Source: Coniocarpon cinnabarinum (taxonomy: Eukaryota). Taken from it: a DNA stretch of 41,613 nt. This document shows, in pieces, positions 11,701 through 23,418 of this stretch. Location: positions 62,001 through 103,613 of the forward strand of contig JAVECO010000076.1 of assembly GCA_051942205.1 (NCBI GenBank), written 5' to 3'. The notes under the pieces were generated by a model. The model was not told the origin of the DNA. It ran no database searches and was given only the letters and a program-made list of their open reading frames with translations. Position numbers and translations under genes: made by a program. Positions within the stretch are counted from its first letter, which is position 1. The number at the start of each line of letters is the position of its first letter.

Positions 11701-12255
11701 ATCGATTGAAGTTTGAAACGAAGATCTATCGCGTCTGCATACCAAATCAATAACTAAGCAACGGGCCTAAAGAAGCCAAGTCTTTGCGTCGTCCAACTTG
11801 GCATCGCTGAGCGTGTAGACTTACGAGAGCATGTATACAAGTCTGGTGGTGAGTGAGCTTTGAAAATTGTTGAGCCTCGCCGCGTATTCGCGAAGCTTTT
11901 TGCCACTCCATGCCGTGACTACTGCTTTTGAAATGCTTTCCCACTTCCGATGAGGCTGGCGTGTCTTCAGGTTTCGAAGTACTTCCATGAGCTCTTCCGC
12001 AAGCTCATGCGCCGACTTGGCGAAGTTTGTTAAAGAAACGTCATCTTCGGAACTGGAAACCGATAGGTTGTTGCGAGAGAGCCCATTGAGAACATTTTCG
12101 AAGTCCAAGGTGACAAGCTCGATGTCATGGTTGGTAACCGTAGAACCTGTTGTTGATCGGCGGATCTCGATAGTGCCTCTTACAATTTTGCTTGCAAAAT
12201 CGACTGCAGTAATGATACTGCTCGCAAGGTTGAGCGAACTCAGCGGATCCAGCAT
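8745..12255 (-). CDS. NACHT-domain STAND/NLR-like protein (~970 aa): fungal N-terminal helical domain, NACHT, and degenerate ankyrin-like C-terminus
   Basis: N-terminus MLDPLSSLNLASSIITAVDFASKIV; Walker A GKAGSGKST; FFW..G..MQKS; Walker B CIFVDGLDE; KICASSRP; AQGVFLWV; FLHRTVRDFL; FLFENGASPN and FLEYGAD. Introns (minus strand) 11824-11735, 11405-11281, 11211-11158 (AT-AG), 10698-10647, 10530-10323, 10262-10194. Exon total 2913 nt, in frame. Confidence 0.88.
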
Positions 12256-13218
12256 CCTCCTTGCCGAACAAATTTTGAGCCCCTGTTACGAACATACAAC
12301 AAACCACCTTTCAAGACTGAAGGGTGTGCACCTTTTGGTCAAACAGCCCCCCACTGCAAAGTTTGAGCAGGTAACGACCTCTCGAACCAGCGTGGATGAT
12401 CAAATATCTTTACGAATCGATCGTAAATGAAGAACTGGTACAGTGCCCGAGAGATGTACCGCCTCCTGGAGAGGCAGTGCAAGGCAACAAGATGCTACGC
12501 CTAGAACGGGGAAGGTACGTATCTGCATGCATCCTCGTCGCTCGCCGAAAATGTAGCACCACGCCCATGACCACGTTGTTTTCCTTCGGGACAGATAACG
12601 TTTTGTACAAATTCAAGATCAATCGGTTCGTTTCCCTAGATACTCGTGCCTGAGGGAAATGCAAAGTGATGGCATGAGCAACACACTGAGGTATTGCAAG
12701 CAAATGCAGGGCCAAGGCTTTGTGCTGACTGATGTGCATGCATGCCTGAGCACGCGTATGTTGTTTCAGTGACGACGATCATAGGATGAGTAGCTAGCAA
12801 GAGTTACTCTCGTTAGCTTAACCTCTCGGCAATGTCCTAAGAGGCTTGGTGGACAGGGTCTGGCAAACAGCCATCTTGCGCGTTTATGGCAGGGAGAGGT
12901 AATGCCAATGAACACGACTCCAAGTCCATATGATCATGTTCGCCACACATGCCCGATTTTCGAAGCCTTTCTACACTCAAAAACGTAACAAGATGGACTG
13001 CGTCCTGTACTGTATGGCCGTTTACTCGTTACTACAAGCCTACTAAAACATCTTCTAAGCACTCTGTGAAGAGGAAATTCTCTGTATTGTGGATCCCAAC
13101 CAGTCACATCATCATTCCGTCCAAAAAGATCCTGTGGGTATATCCGTAGCGACAGTCGTTGCTCGTCCCAGGCATTCCAACAAGGCAGTCTTCTTTCTCA
13201 AGTCCTCAATTTCCCTCG

Positions 13219-14328
13219 CTATTCGTCCTCGCCTTCATCTTCACCTTCTGCATCATCGATCTCCTCATCGGCTTCGCTCTCCGTCCTCCCCTTCTTCACG
13301 CCACCCCCAAGATCATCCTCCGCTTTCCTCTTCCCGTTTTCTTTCGGATTCGGCTGCTGGTACTCTCGCAGTGCCGTCTTCGGGTCTTCACCAGCAGCTT
13401 CTTTTCGTTCCATGGCGGCGACCTCCTCGGCAGTGAGGAAGCGACCGCCTGGGCCACGTGGTCTCCGCATAGCATGATTATGTCTAGACTCATGCAGGTA
13501 CGGTTTTCTCGTTTTGCTAGTGAGACGAAGTTGGTCCTCCAACTTCTGCCGCGCGACGCGTCGCTTCAAAATCCGATGAAATTGCTTCGCGTTAACGTAC
13601 AAAGGCGCTTCGTCGCCTCCGGCCCCTGCCGGTGCTTGCTGCGCGCCATCAGGTGACGGTCGTCGTTGAGCTGGCGGCATTGGTGGCATGGCTTGCGCTT
13701 GAGGAGGCGCCGGGGGCGCCGTTGGGGGAGGAGCCTGTGTTCGTGCCACATGGCTCATCATTGGCTGCGGTGGCTGCATGTGAGGACTGGTATGACTAGG
13801 CATCTGTGGGTGCGGCATCGGTTGCGTCGTGGCGTGCATTTGACCCGGTATTCCAGGCTGCGGCATCGCTTGAGTCCGTGGAGAACTCGTCTGACCCGGC
13901 TGAGGTCTAGCCTCACCTTTTACTCCACGACCCTGCATACCAGACTGCGCAAAACCTTGATCCGGCGGCATGCCGTAGTAACCCTGTCCGGAAGCTGCAG
14001 CCGTTGCCATCGCGGCGGCATTTGATATGCCGTATTGTTGTGGTGCCATGGGTGGTGGCATTGCATATGGATGTCCGGGTTGAGAAGGATATGCCATTTG
14101 TTGTGGGTGCACGGGATACGGCTGTTGCCCTGCATGATAGCCCTGGGGACTTTGGGAGGGAACCACCGGCGAAGGCTGTGCTTGACCTTGGGAGTGTGTT
14201 CGTGGTGAGGGCACGGCTTGATTCGTTGGTTGTGCGCCAGTGGGAGATGGCGCGTATTGCATTTGTGGCGGAGGATGTCTCGGATGCTGGTGTGGCGCGG
14301 GCTGCTGATACTGCTGCGCATATTCCAT
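13219..14328 (-). CDS. hapB: CCAAT-binding complex subunit HapB / Hap2 / NF-YA
   Basis: CBFB_NFYA domain [23 protein letters not shown]...[27 protein letters not shown]-rich N-terminus. First ATG (MEYAQQY) at 14328. Confidence 0.96.
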   Translation of the reverse strand: MEYAQQYQQPAPHQHPRHPPPQMQYAPSPTGAQPTNQAVPSPRTHSQGQAQPSPVVPSQSPQGYHAGQQPYPVHPQQMAYPSQPGHPYAMPPPMAPQQYGISNAAAMATAAASGQGYYGMPPDQGFAQSGMQGRGVKGEARPQPGQTSSPRTQAMPQPGIPGQMHATTQPMPHPQMPSHTSPHMQPPQPMMSHVARTQAPPPTAPPAPPQAQAMPPMPPAQRRPSPDGAQQAPAGAGGDEAPLYVNAKQFHRILKRRVARQKLEDQLRLTSKTRKPYLHESRHNHAMRRPRGPGGRFLTAEEVAAMERKEAAGEDPKTALREYQQPNPKENGKRKAEDDLGGGVKKGRTESEADEEIDDAEGEDEGEDE

Positions 14329-15816
14329 GTTGGGCGCGTGTATGTGCTTCACTTGGCCTCTTCTAACCAATGCATCTACTGATCGGCCGAGCGTCGCGAA
14401 ACAGCGAGCGAAACTCTTTGACAATGGTGAATGGGTGCTGTGACGCGCGGGCAGCTGTTGCACGAATGCGTCCGAGCGAATGGGTTGACTGCTGCGACAC
14501 GTGTGGCGCGAAAACGAGATCGACGTTCTGACGCGACAATGGCCAAAGATTTTGTTCGAGAGCCCTGGCTTGTCGAGTAGGATGAGATCGCGCGATGACG
14601 AAATGTGTTTTCGAGGTCAGTGCAGGGATGCGGCGCGTAGATGCAGTGGACTTGGTTCGATGCCAGGGGTGGTTTTGACCTACAGGACGCAGGTTTTTAG
14701 TCAGCCAGGTACTTCCGCGGTCAAGGTTAAAGCATGTTCAATTTCCGAGCGGTGAAGAGCTTGTGCAACTCGTCGTCGAGTCGGAACTGCAAATGAGCTG
14801 GCAGAAGTCGGGCGCATGCACATAGCTTACCTGCAAGCAACCGTCGCACAGCTTCGGTGAGAAATTGTTTGATTTGCCGGGACAATACAGCCTTTGCCTG
14901 GCTTGACGAGAAGCAAATTGAAACTCGACGAATGCTTCAATAACTTTTGAAGGAGAAACGCGCGAGTTATCGGCAATGCTGATGAAGCGCGGTCTTCTGG
15001 CACAAGCCGATGCGAATATTCAACCGGCGATGAGCGTTGCAGAAGTGGCTGCCTTCTTGCCTAGCAGCGCTATGCAAAGTCAGCAGCGGCCCTTCGTCGT
15101 AGCAGTTCGTCCGATTCTGTGCATCTACTCTGGTACAGGCACGGTGTTGTAGTGAACGCGCAAAATCTACGAGGGACTAGGGTTTATGACGCGTTTGGGG
15201 GGGATTTGGATGCGTCCGGCAAAGCTGAATGCAGCTTCCGACAGACACTTGTGCTCGCTTGGGCGTCGACGTTCCATCCATTTCGGACATTTCATCAGCC
15301 ATTGACCAGTGAGATTCGCGATCTCCTGGGGCTGAGAAGGATACGTAGCCGGGCTGACTGACAGTCACGGGCACGAATCGACACCAGGGGGGTTGTCGTC
15401 GAAGGTTTTTGCAACGCGACATGAGTGGTCAGGGAGGAGATGGAGGGAGAGGCCCAGTAGTCTGGCTCTGGGGAGGTGGCCGCGTGGATGGGCATCAGCC
15501 CGGCGGGCGGGACGCCCGAGAGAGGAGAGTAGATGGACAAATGAGAGGCGGGTGAGGTGGGCGTGAGGACGTGAGGGAGACGACGACCAGCAGGGGGAGG
15601 CGTGGAAAGCTTGATGACTGACCTTGTTTCGTTCAGGCGTGGGCGATTGCTGGCCTATTGGGCCAGTCGGAATGGAGAGGAAGAAGGTGGGAGGAATGAT
15701 GGGAGCGAATGAGAAAAAAGGTGGAGCCACCAGCCCCGATTTTGGCGGCACTCTAAACTTTGTCACCATCCAACGTTGGTCCGTTGTCGTCATTCTGAGA
15801 TTGCTGAGCAACTTGT

Positions 15817-16056
15817 CACGTGTTTTTGAACTACTTTTGTCTCTCGCATGGCACCGTACTGTTTCGTGCTGGATCCATCATAATAGTGCAACACTGTTCA
15901 GCGCTCGCTCCGGTGGTGATTTCCTGCATCAAGTCAGTGGACTCGCTGACCGAGTCTGCATAATCACACGTGATTCTCGGAGTGCGTCCGCATATCTCCT
16001 GCCTGGGTCTTTGGGCATCCGTCTGATCCCATCACGTGTATAACGTGCCCCACGTG
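15817..16056. promoter_or_regulatory. Cluster of four CACGTG E-boxes (candidate bHLH sites)
   Basis: CACGTG at 15817, 15967, 16033 and 16051, just upstream (minus strand) of a pyrimidine-rich tract leading towards hapB. Confidence 0.45.
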
Positions 16057-17275
16057 ACCTATGGCATGGAGTTGGACAGCTTACATTATGAACTCTCCTG
16101 TATCAGACAGTAGCGTTGCACGCATCGCAACGCTCTTCTCATTGATATCGGACAGCATTCCTCCTCTATCAACGCAGCTTCGCCTGTATTCCCTCATCTG
16201 CTGATCATCATCACTCACCAACGTGTCTCATCAGATTCACCGTCTGTCTTCGATGAATGTGGCTCCTTCGGTATCTGTACATGGCGCAGGACCCATTCTA
16301 TTGCTCTGAGCTGTCTTGCAAGCCTGGGCCAATTCAGTAAGAACTCTTCTATGTCATCCTCGCACTCTTGCACATCTCCACGCTCCATCGACGGGTCTTT
16401 TCTGTCCATCCCATCCCGGCTTGATCGATGGGCATTGGGCAAGCACAGGCGCTTTTGGTGTCTAGAGACGACCACAGCTCGCACTGTACCAATCCAGTCC
16501 ACTTGTCAGCAACGTCCTGACTGCAACATAAAGAACCAAAACGCATGAAATGCCAACACAGGTGTGAACGGCGCAGCACCTTCTGTTTGCATCGCTTCTG
16601 GGTATGCTGTGAATACTTCGAACCAAATTGAGCCTTCTCTCCTCCAAGGGATCTTCGCCCTGCCTTGTGTCAACGTTTTCTGATTTTGTGCACTCATTTT
16701 CGCAGGATGACCGAGTCGTACCATTCCAATCGCTCAACGATTGCAGGCAGTCTTGATTAATGAGGAAAGAAAAGTCATTGCTACGTGTTCGTAAGCTGAC
16801 ATTCCGGTCCATGATGGTAGCTCGTTATGACGTGTCCCACACTGTCAGCCATAACACACATCATGTCAGCAGGACGAAACATGATCCACGTCCAACGCTG
16901 AGGAATAGATTAATACCTTAAAGTGAAACGAAAAGTGCCTGGTAAGCGTCACGGCGCTCATGGGATCTCCTCCAGCTGTCGTGTGTTCTCCTTGGTGTTG
17001 CGCCGCAGCCTTCAACCAGGACCGGCGGGGGGGCTGGGACAATATCACCGCGTTCTCCATCGCTGCGGATGTGCGCGGCAGAGAGCCCTTCACGCACGTG
17101 GTCTGAAGGCTTACGAACATGTTGTAGCCTATAAACTATGGTCCCACAGATGAGACGCGCAAGAGCACCAGCAAACAAAAGTTTATCAATGCAACGGGGA
17201 GCATCGAGCTTTCAACAACCATAAAAGCTAGCGGTTTGGCCCGCACTTGAAACTCGCAGGTATCCGCACAAAGCA

Positions 17276-18175
17276 TTGCGCTCGAGCTGCGCCTTACAGC
17301 CGCACGCTTTTAGGATTGCCTGCCTGTTAATACTAAAAAGGAGCAATTCCTCGTTCATGACGGAGGGCGTCTTCATCTTGTGCGGCGTGATGCGGCGCAG
17401 CCGTTTCCAACCCGGACGAGGCGCCCCTCTGTCGCATTTTCCTCCCGATAGAGTAGGTATTGTCTGCAATGGCGTTCTGTACCACGAAGATGTGGAGCAG
17501 CAGCTTCGTGTCGCTACGCCTAACGCCGCGTTGTGCGACAATGCACTCGTTCCCCTTCCCATGGTCGCAAAACACGTGGCCTGTAATGTATTCAAAATCT
17601 CCGTAGCATACAAATCTGCTTACTATAAAGATAGGCTTCGCGATTAATCCTCCGGTGCTCGCAAAATATGCTTCTGTGAGGCACACACAGACCAACGTGG
17701 CCTCATCTGCGTGTGTGACCTACTAGCGAAGCTTTTCTCCATCCTTTTCAAGCAAACAAGAACAATGTTCCGCTGGTGGCTCTGGACAGGCAACAGCTAC
17801 ATCTGCCTAACCGACTGCACCCAAAGAGCCATCCGCTCGTATTACCTGGGCGAACTCCGATCAGGCTTGAAGAACATCCATGCCACCAATGAAGCGGGAG
17901 GCTCCAACCCTCAGGTCGCAGCGCTCATCAGAAAGATCTCCTGCACTGATGGCAACATCTGGAGGCTCTCGCCACCACCTCGTAGTGGTTTCGTGGACGA
18001 CTGGAAGAGGAACGCTGCCCTTAGCAAATTCTTGAGGGAGGAGTTGGGAATGCGGAGGTCGCTTGTGATGCGCATGCATGGGGGGTGGCAGATGGGTGTT
18101 TGGAAGCCGGAACAGCCCAGGAAACGTCCGCCATGTTTACGAAGGACAACAGCCGTCGAAGCAAAAAGTTTATGA
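17276..18175 (+). other. Possible orphan gene or pseudogene: 900-nt frame broken by one TAA
   Basis: ORFs 17276-17647 and 17711-18175 share a frame separated only by TAA 17645-17647. Several GT..AG candidates exist (e.g. 17583-17634, 17676-17726), but no confident model. Confidence 0.25.
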
Positions 18176-18643
18176 CGTTACTTCCGGACAAACGCGTTGT
18201 TGCGTCTCGATGGGTCTGCTGAGATACACGCTGCGAAGTCGTGCTTGGAGCTATGGGACTTTTTGCTCCAGAGCAAGAACAACAACAGTATTGACTGATG
18301 ATCGCAGCCTTTTTCCATGTTTCTTCGCCTCGACATACATTCGATGTCGAATGACAGAGTATCAGTCACTTCGTAGAGTACCAACTTCCTCAATACCACG
18401 CGTATTAGCAAAGAGATGCTCCTTTCAACCCTTCTTGAGAATCGCAGGGAACAGCACCAGCTCCATCATTATATGGCTAAGCATGGTGCGTTTCAGATCT
18501 CGAGTTTGGTACTGCATAACCATCATTCAGTCTCATGCACTACCTGCATGCCTAAGATACCAGCATCACACAAGACAAAAACTTCCCATCACCGAATAGA
18601 TGAACGTCCTCACCAGCACCCAGCTCCAGCACCGACTCAACCA

Positions 18644-19000
18644 CTAAACCTCCTCCGCACTTCTCATACAATCCCTCGGCATATAAACCCCCTTCCCCAC
18701 TCCAAACCAATTCCGTTCCTCCTTCAACCCCTTATACTGCGTAACCACCTCCCACGCCTCCTTCGATAGCTTTCCATCATTCACAACCCGACTCGGCGGC
18801 ACCACGGTCCAAAGCTTCCGATCATCCTCTCGTTGGCACAGATACCGGTGTTGAATGGGATAGATCATGTGCGATTTATAGATATCTGCAATGGCTTTGT
18901 TGAGGGCGGAGATCCAGCTTTCGCGGACTGTTACGGGACAGCGGGAGAGGTCGATGATTGGACCTTTGTTGATTGCGGCGCTGGAATTGTGGTTGGTCAT
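18644..19000 (-). CDS. Small hypothetical protein (~118 aa)
   Basis: ATG at 19000 (MTNHNSSAAINKGPIIDLSRCP...) after a CA-rich leader. Globular-looking composition; no known motif. Confidence 0.45.
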   Translation of the reverse strand: MTNHNSSAAINKGPIIDLSRCPVTVRESWISALNKAIADIYKSHMIYPIQHRYLCQREDDRKLWTVVPPSRVVNDGKLSKEAWEVVTQYKGLKEERNWFGVGKGVYMPRDCMRSAEEV

Positions 19001-19812
19001 TCGTTTGGTGTGCTGGTGTTTTGGGAAGTACGGATGGTTGGTAGGTGAAGACGCTGATTTGATTGGATGTTGTATGCGAATGGATGCCATGCAGGCAGTC
19101 TCTTCTTTAAAAACAGTATGGCGTTGCCGGGTCTGTTGAATTGGCCATATTGCAAACAATGAGCACACCAGCGTGGCGACCTTAGCTTCTCACTGTTTGT
19201 ATCGCGGCGAGAAGTCCAGATGCGGCAGACGAACATCCAGGGATATCATCTCCGCAACTGAGCGAAGCGTCCGTCTAGTTTTTGGAGGTTCTTGCAAACG
19301 CAGCACAAATATCGCCTTCGAGCATAAAACGTCTATTCCATCTTGCTTCGCTAAGATACATAAACATCTAACAGACTGTCGTCTGCTTTACACGGCACAT
19401 GACAATCATATCAACATCCATCGATGCCTGCCGCTCGTTTATCGTTCTATCGCCATCAGCCGTCCATAACCGTTTCAGGTTTTACGCGGGCCCATACGGC
19501 AGCAGAGCGCCACTTGCAATTGCCACTTCGCCTCGGACACACACAGGTACAATTCACACACCACTGTCACTTGCAACGACACCGCTTTGCGTCTGTAAAG
19601 TCCTGCCACTTGCCTCCCAGGAAAAGGGCAGTAATGGCGACCGCTCTGAATCGCGTCTTCGTTGTGTCCCTTGAGCAGTTCCGTGCGGTAAGAGTCGTCG
19701 TTGTGATCACGAACTTTGCTCCTGAGCCTGCTCAGATCGAGCCTTGTCAGCGCACCGAGAACGAGTTGAGCAAGCTCTGTTTAAGCACCCGGTGTCGGGT
19801 TGTTATAAGGTA

Positions 19813-19956
19813 GTCTTGATGAGGATGGTCCCTGTGCCAGTTTGGGAGTAAGACTAATGCTCATAATGACGCTCCTGAGGGATGATGGAAGTGAGATGTC
19901 TCCATAATTATTGTCGATGGGTTAATGACTGCTGATACGCGATGTCCTCTGAAGAC
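19813..19956 (+). ncRNA. Candidate box C/D snoRNA-like element
   Basis: GTCT/AGAC terminal stem enclosing TGATGA (19817-19822) and CTGA (19949-19952). Internal CTGA (19875) followed by C'-like ATGATGG (19882). Intergenic location. Confidence 0.25.
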
Positions 19957-20802
19957 GTTAGAGGTCCTGAGGGGAAGACTTGTGAACTAGCAGACTAATT
20001 TTGGTTAGATTACTCTAACGAAGTACGGGATGGATGTGTTTCCGGTCTCAGAATAGTATGATGTCTCGATCAACGGTGAGATATAGTGTCTGCCGCTGGC
20101 AGGCCTGTCCACATCATACAGGTCTTCATGAACTGCGAATTGAGGAGAGTGTAGCGCCGTAGGAAATCCTCCTAGCAAGCTTTGACACACGCTGTGTCTC
20201 GTTCAATAACGGTTCATTCTTCAGTTTAGTCGTGACCAAGGTAGACACGAAGCAGACAGGGAAGTGCGTCTATGGAAAAGATATTTTGTCGTTCCTTGTG
20301 CAACGACTAACGCTGCAAGTCGAAATTGTTTGCCGAAACTTGGGATCGCCTTTCTGTACTCTCTGGTACAATCTTCATGCTACTGTAGGCGGGCTGGTTG
20401 CTCTGTCCTTTCTATCGGCTGGCTGATCCTCCTATCATTTCGGGAAGAAAGCGCCGGCATCATGATAGCCCCAGCCCTGTCTGCCAACTCCTTCGGGCTC
20501 TTTAAAGTAGTAGATTTCTGTTCAAGGATCGATTGCTTCAACAAGCTCTCAGAACGGCGCAGCTCCTTCGCACAGCTTTCAAGGTAGAGACACGCTATAA
20601 GTGTTAGTCTGAAACGCTCTCAGAGCATATCAGGGGTTCTTGCGGGGTCCTCGCCCATCATTCAAAGACATGTACTGCCCTCGTGAAGCTCGAGACACTA
20701 CTGGTGCGAGCAAGTCATGCCATTCACAACCAAGCGTACCCAGCGCCAATCTCAAACATGATCGCTCCCCACGTTAGGGTTCGTTTGGCATCATCCTTTC
20801 CT

Positions 20803-23418
20803 TTAAAGAGCATTAAGAGCACTCTGCACACCCACACTCCCCGCATCCTCCCGTCTTAGAATATAAGGTCTCAAATCCGCACGATCAATCCCCGTCAACG
20901 CACTTCCCCCTCTCAATCGATCTTTCAGCGCCTCCGGCCCAATCACAAAAATATTCCCCACCTCCACCAAAATTTCCAGACTCGGCTGAAAGCTCGCGGC
21001 CAGCGGAAACGACCGCAACAACTCAATATACTTCGTGATGTCCTTACTAACCATCAGGCCGCCAGCGAGATTGACAGGGAACTTCTTGAGGTGGTCCAAC
21101 AGCAGACTGCGGAAACCGACGGCGAGGTCCGTGAAGAACACTTCGGCATTGCGGCCTTCGACACCCCGAAGGGAGAGGTCGCGGACTTTGGAGAGAAAGG
21201 CGAAGATGGAACTGCAGGTTGGGGTTTGCAGCTGCTCGATGCCTATTGCGTCGTCTTTGGGTCTAAAGTCGGCTCGGTTTTGGCGGTTGAGCAGTTTGGT
21301 AACCCAGGCTAGGGCGGCGTCGATGGTTCTTGTGCGGATCATGGCGATCTTGTCTTCCATTCGTGATATCGTGGTATTGAGTGTCTTTTCCATTTCTCGT
21401 CGCACGGTCACATTTGATGCCGCCAGTGGAATGAGAACTGACTGGGAGACGGTAATGAGCAGCTGTAGTATTTGGATCGCCACTTGAACGTCGAAGATGA
21501 AAGACATGTCGGGCTCGTTCTTTGCATTTTCCTGTGATACGGCTGCATCATTTGCAGTATCCAGTGCTGAGTCGACGTAAATATCTATCATTTGCGAGAT
21601 CAGCAATTTCAGCAAAGCTGACACGTCTTTTGGTGTCTCAGCGCCACCGCTGAGTTCCAGATCACGGCCTACAGATTCAGCCATCCACTTGAGCATCCGC
21701 TTGGCAATGGGTATGGATAGTGTGCCATCTTCCTCAGACACCTGCTCTTCGGCTTCTTGTTTATTCGAGCTGCGCAGTCCGGCGATACGAAGCAACATAG
21801 CTTTTTGCGAAGCAGGTAGCTCAGTCGACTCAAGCCGTTCGATCCAGGAGTCTCGAGCTGATGAAAGCAGTTGCCGACCTCGCTGATACGCAGCTCCAAG
21901 AAAAGAATTAGGAGCAGTGCGCCGCTTGGCTTGAAACAACGTGAACTTGAACAGAAGTGATCCGTATAATTCTTCCAGTGAGCGTTTCTCACGGTCGATA
22001 TACGAGGACATGCCGAAGTACGGGACGAAGAGAGCCTCAAGTTGGGCATCAAGACTGGAGGACACCTGTGATGACACTGGATCTGGATGCTCGGTAAGGC
22101 CGTGTGCTTTCAAGTCGTCCACCATCCCACCAATGTATACCCGAGCAGCTTGCAATGATCGTAAGAATGCAATAGATGAGACATCATTAGCTTTAGCCAA
22201 TACTAACTCCAGGCGCTGCTGAACAGATTGCTGGAATACTCGCGAAATAAATGTCATGAGAACCTGCTCATAGAATGGGAATACCTGTTTAATGATGAAC
22301 GACTCTTCTTCGAGCACCAGCTTGACTTCGTCGACCAGCGACTGCAAGCTCGACTCGATACCAGGTGGCTCCGCATCGGGATCGGCAAGTCGATTCCAGA
22401 CGTCAGGGTCACCCGTGACTTCTTCGGAGATCATGGCGCTCCGCTCTAGAAAGAAATCGTGTTGGTTGACATATCTTGCAATAACACTAGCTCCTTCTCG
22501 AAAGTCGTACAATGCCGTTGCGCACTCTCTCATCCCGTTTTCATTCCGCATGCGTTTGCTGCTCTCAAATTGTTCCAAGAGATCCTTCTCAAGACGCTCA
22601 AGAAACTTCTCCACAATCTCGTTGGCCTGTTTGATTTTCATGCTGCGCTTTTTACTACTCTTGCGGTGAACGCCATCATAATCCCCGTTGGCCAAATTTG
22701 CTCCGTTCGGCTGTCCGTCTCGATTCGCAGAGAGCGCAGCACTGATCTTGAGCATCTGCCTGGCAATCCGTGCACATTTTACTTTGCCCTCGCCTCCTCC
22801 CATTCTTCGCAGATCTTCCAAGTATGTCAAGTCTCCCCGTTCTGTCGCATCTTGCCAGCACGTGATCAACGTTTTGGCATCTTCCGCCCTTGTCTTCTGT
22901 CGATCCAGCTCTTCCAGCCGCTCGCCAATCTGCAATGCCACACTCGCGTCTGCGAAAGATGAAGAACCATTGACTGTCACGAACTCGTTCCCGGAGTCCA
23001 TCCGTCCTTCCAAGCTGTTGAAGTTGTCTAACGCTTGATCGAGCTTTCGTTGTAGGGTTGAGCAGTGTTCTCTATGTCTTTGCTCCGCTCTTCTGACCGC
23101 ACCCGAGAGCTCGTTCTCGTGACCCTCCCGGTCCTCAGAAAGTGCATCAAGTCTGGTGAGGGCGTGCTCGAAGGTACGGATGTAAGGCTTGGGGTCGAAA
23201 GATTGGGTATGTGCGCCCGAGCGCCGCGAGGCTGTAGCGCCATCTGAAAGCGTTTCCACGAAATCTTTGACGATGAAGTCTTTACTGCTGAAGGTATCAA
23301 GGGTGAAGCCAGGCCCGCGCGGGTAAATAGAGCGTCCGGGAGCTGTAGATGTTGTGTTGGTAGAGATAATGGACGCGGTATCACCGGCTGGCGGGCCTGC
23401 ATGCATGCGCAGACTCAT
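20803..23418 (-). CDS. SEC10: Exocyst complex component Sec10
   Basis: 871-aa intronless ORF. FTLDTFSSKDFIVKDFVETL, FDPKPYIRTFE, FVNQH-like YVNQHDFF, RVFQQSVQQRLE, GGLMVSKDITKY, VGNIFVIGPEALK. Confidence 0.95.
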   Translation of the reverse strand: MSLRMHAGPPAGDTASIISTNTTSTAPGRSIYPRGPGFTLDTFSSKDFIVKDFVETLSDGATASRRSGAHTQSFDPKPYIRTFEHALTRLDALSEDREGHENELSGAVRRAEQRHREHCSTLQRKLDQALDNFNSLEGRMDSGNEFVTVNGSSSFADASVALQIGERLEELDRQKTRAEDAKTLITCWQDATERGDLTYLEDLRRMGGGEGKVKCARIARQMLKISAALSANRDGQPNGANLANGDYDGVHRKSSKKRSMKIKQANEIVEKFLERLEKDLLEQFESSKRMRNENGMRECATALYDFREGASVIARYVNQHDFFLERSAMISEEVTGDPDVWNRLADPDAEPPGIESSLQSLVDEVKLVLEEESFIIKQVFPFYEQVLMTFISRVFQQSVQQRLELVLAKANDVSSIAFLRSLQAARVYIGGMVDDLKAHGLTEHPDPVSSQVSSSLDAQLEALFVPYFGMSSYIDREKRSLEELYGSLLFKFTLFQAKRRTAPNSFLGAAYQRGRQLLSSARDSWIERLESTELPASQKAMLLRIAGLRSSNKQEAEEQVSEEDGTLSIPIAKRMLKWMAESVGRDLELSGGAETPKDVSALLKLLISQMIDIYVDSALDTANDAAVSQENAKNEPDMSFIFDVQVAIQILQLLITVSQSVLIPLAASNVTVRREMEKTLNTTISRMEDKIAMIRTRTIDAALAWVTKLLNRQNRADFRPKDDAIGIEQLQTPTCSSIFAFLSKVRDLSLRGVEGRNAEVFFTDLAVGFRSLLLDHLKKFPVNLAGGLMVSKDITKYIELLRSFPLAASFQPSLEILVEVGNIFVIGPEALKDRLRGGSALTGIDRADLRPYILRREDAGSVGVQSALNAL

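Noticed and set aside
7226..12255. RIP as the cause of the two lesions
   Set aside because: The inferred changes are not in CpA context, there is no visible AT/TpA enrichment, and the genes are otherwise intact.
14329..14463. GTG-initiated 45-aa N-terminal extension of HapB (similar ORF-track extensions on MRPL37, ALG6 and the lactonase)
   Set aside because: Bacterial-style start calls; the first in-frame ATG gives family-typical N-termini.
14651..14667. tRNA T-arm / B-box-like CTTGG-TTCGATG-CCAGG
   Set aside because: No A-box, D-arm, anticodon arm or proper acceptor stem upstream.
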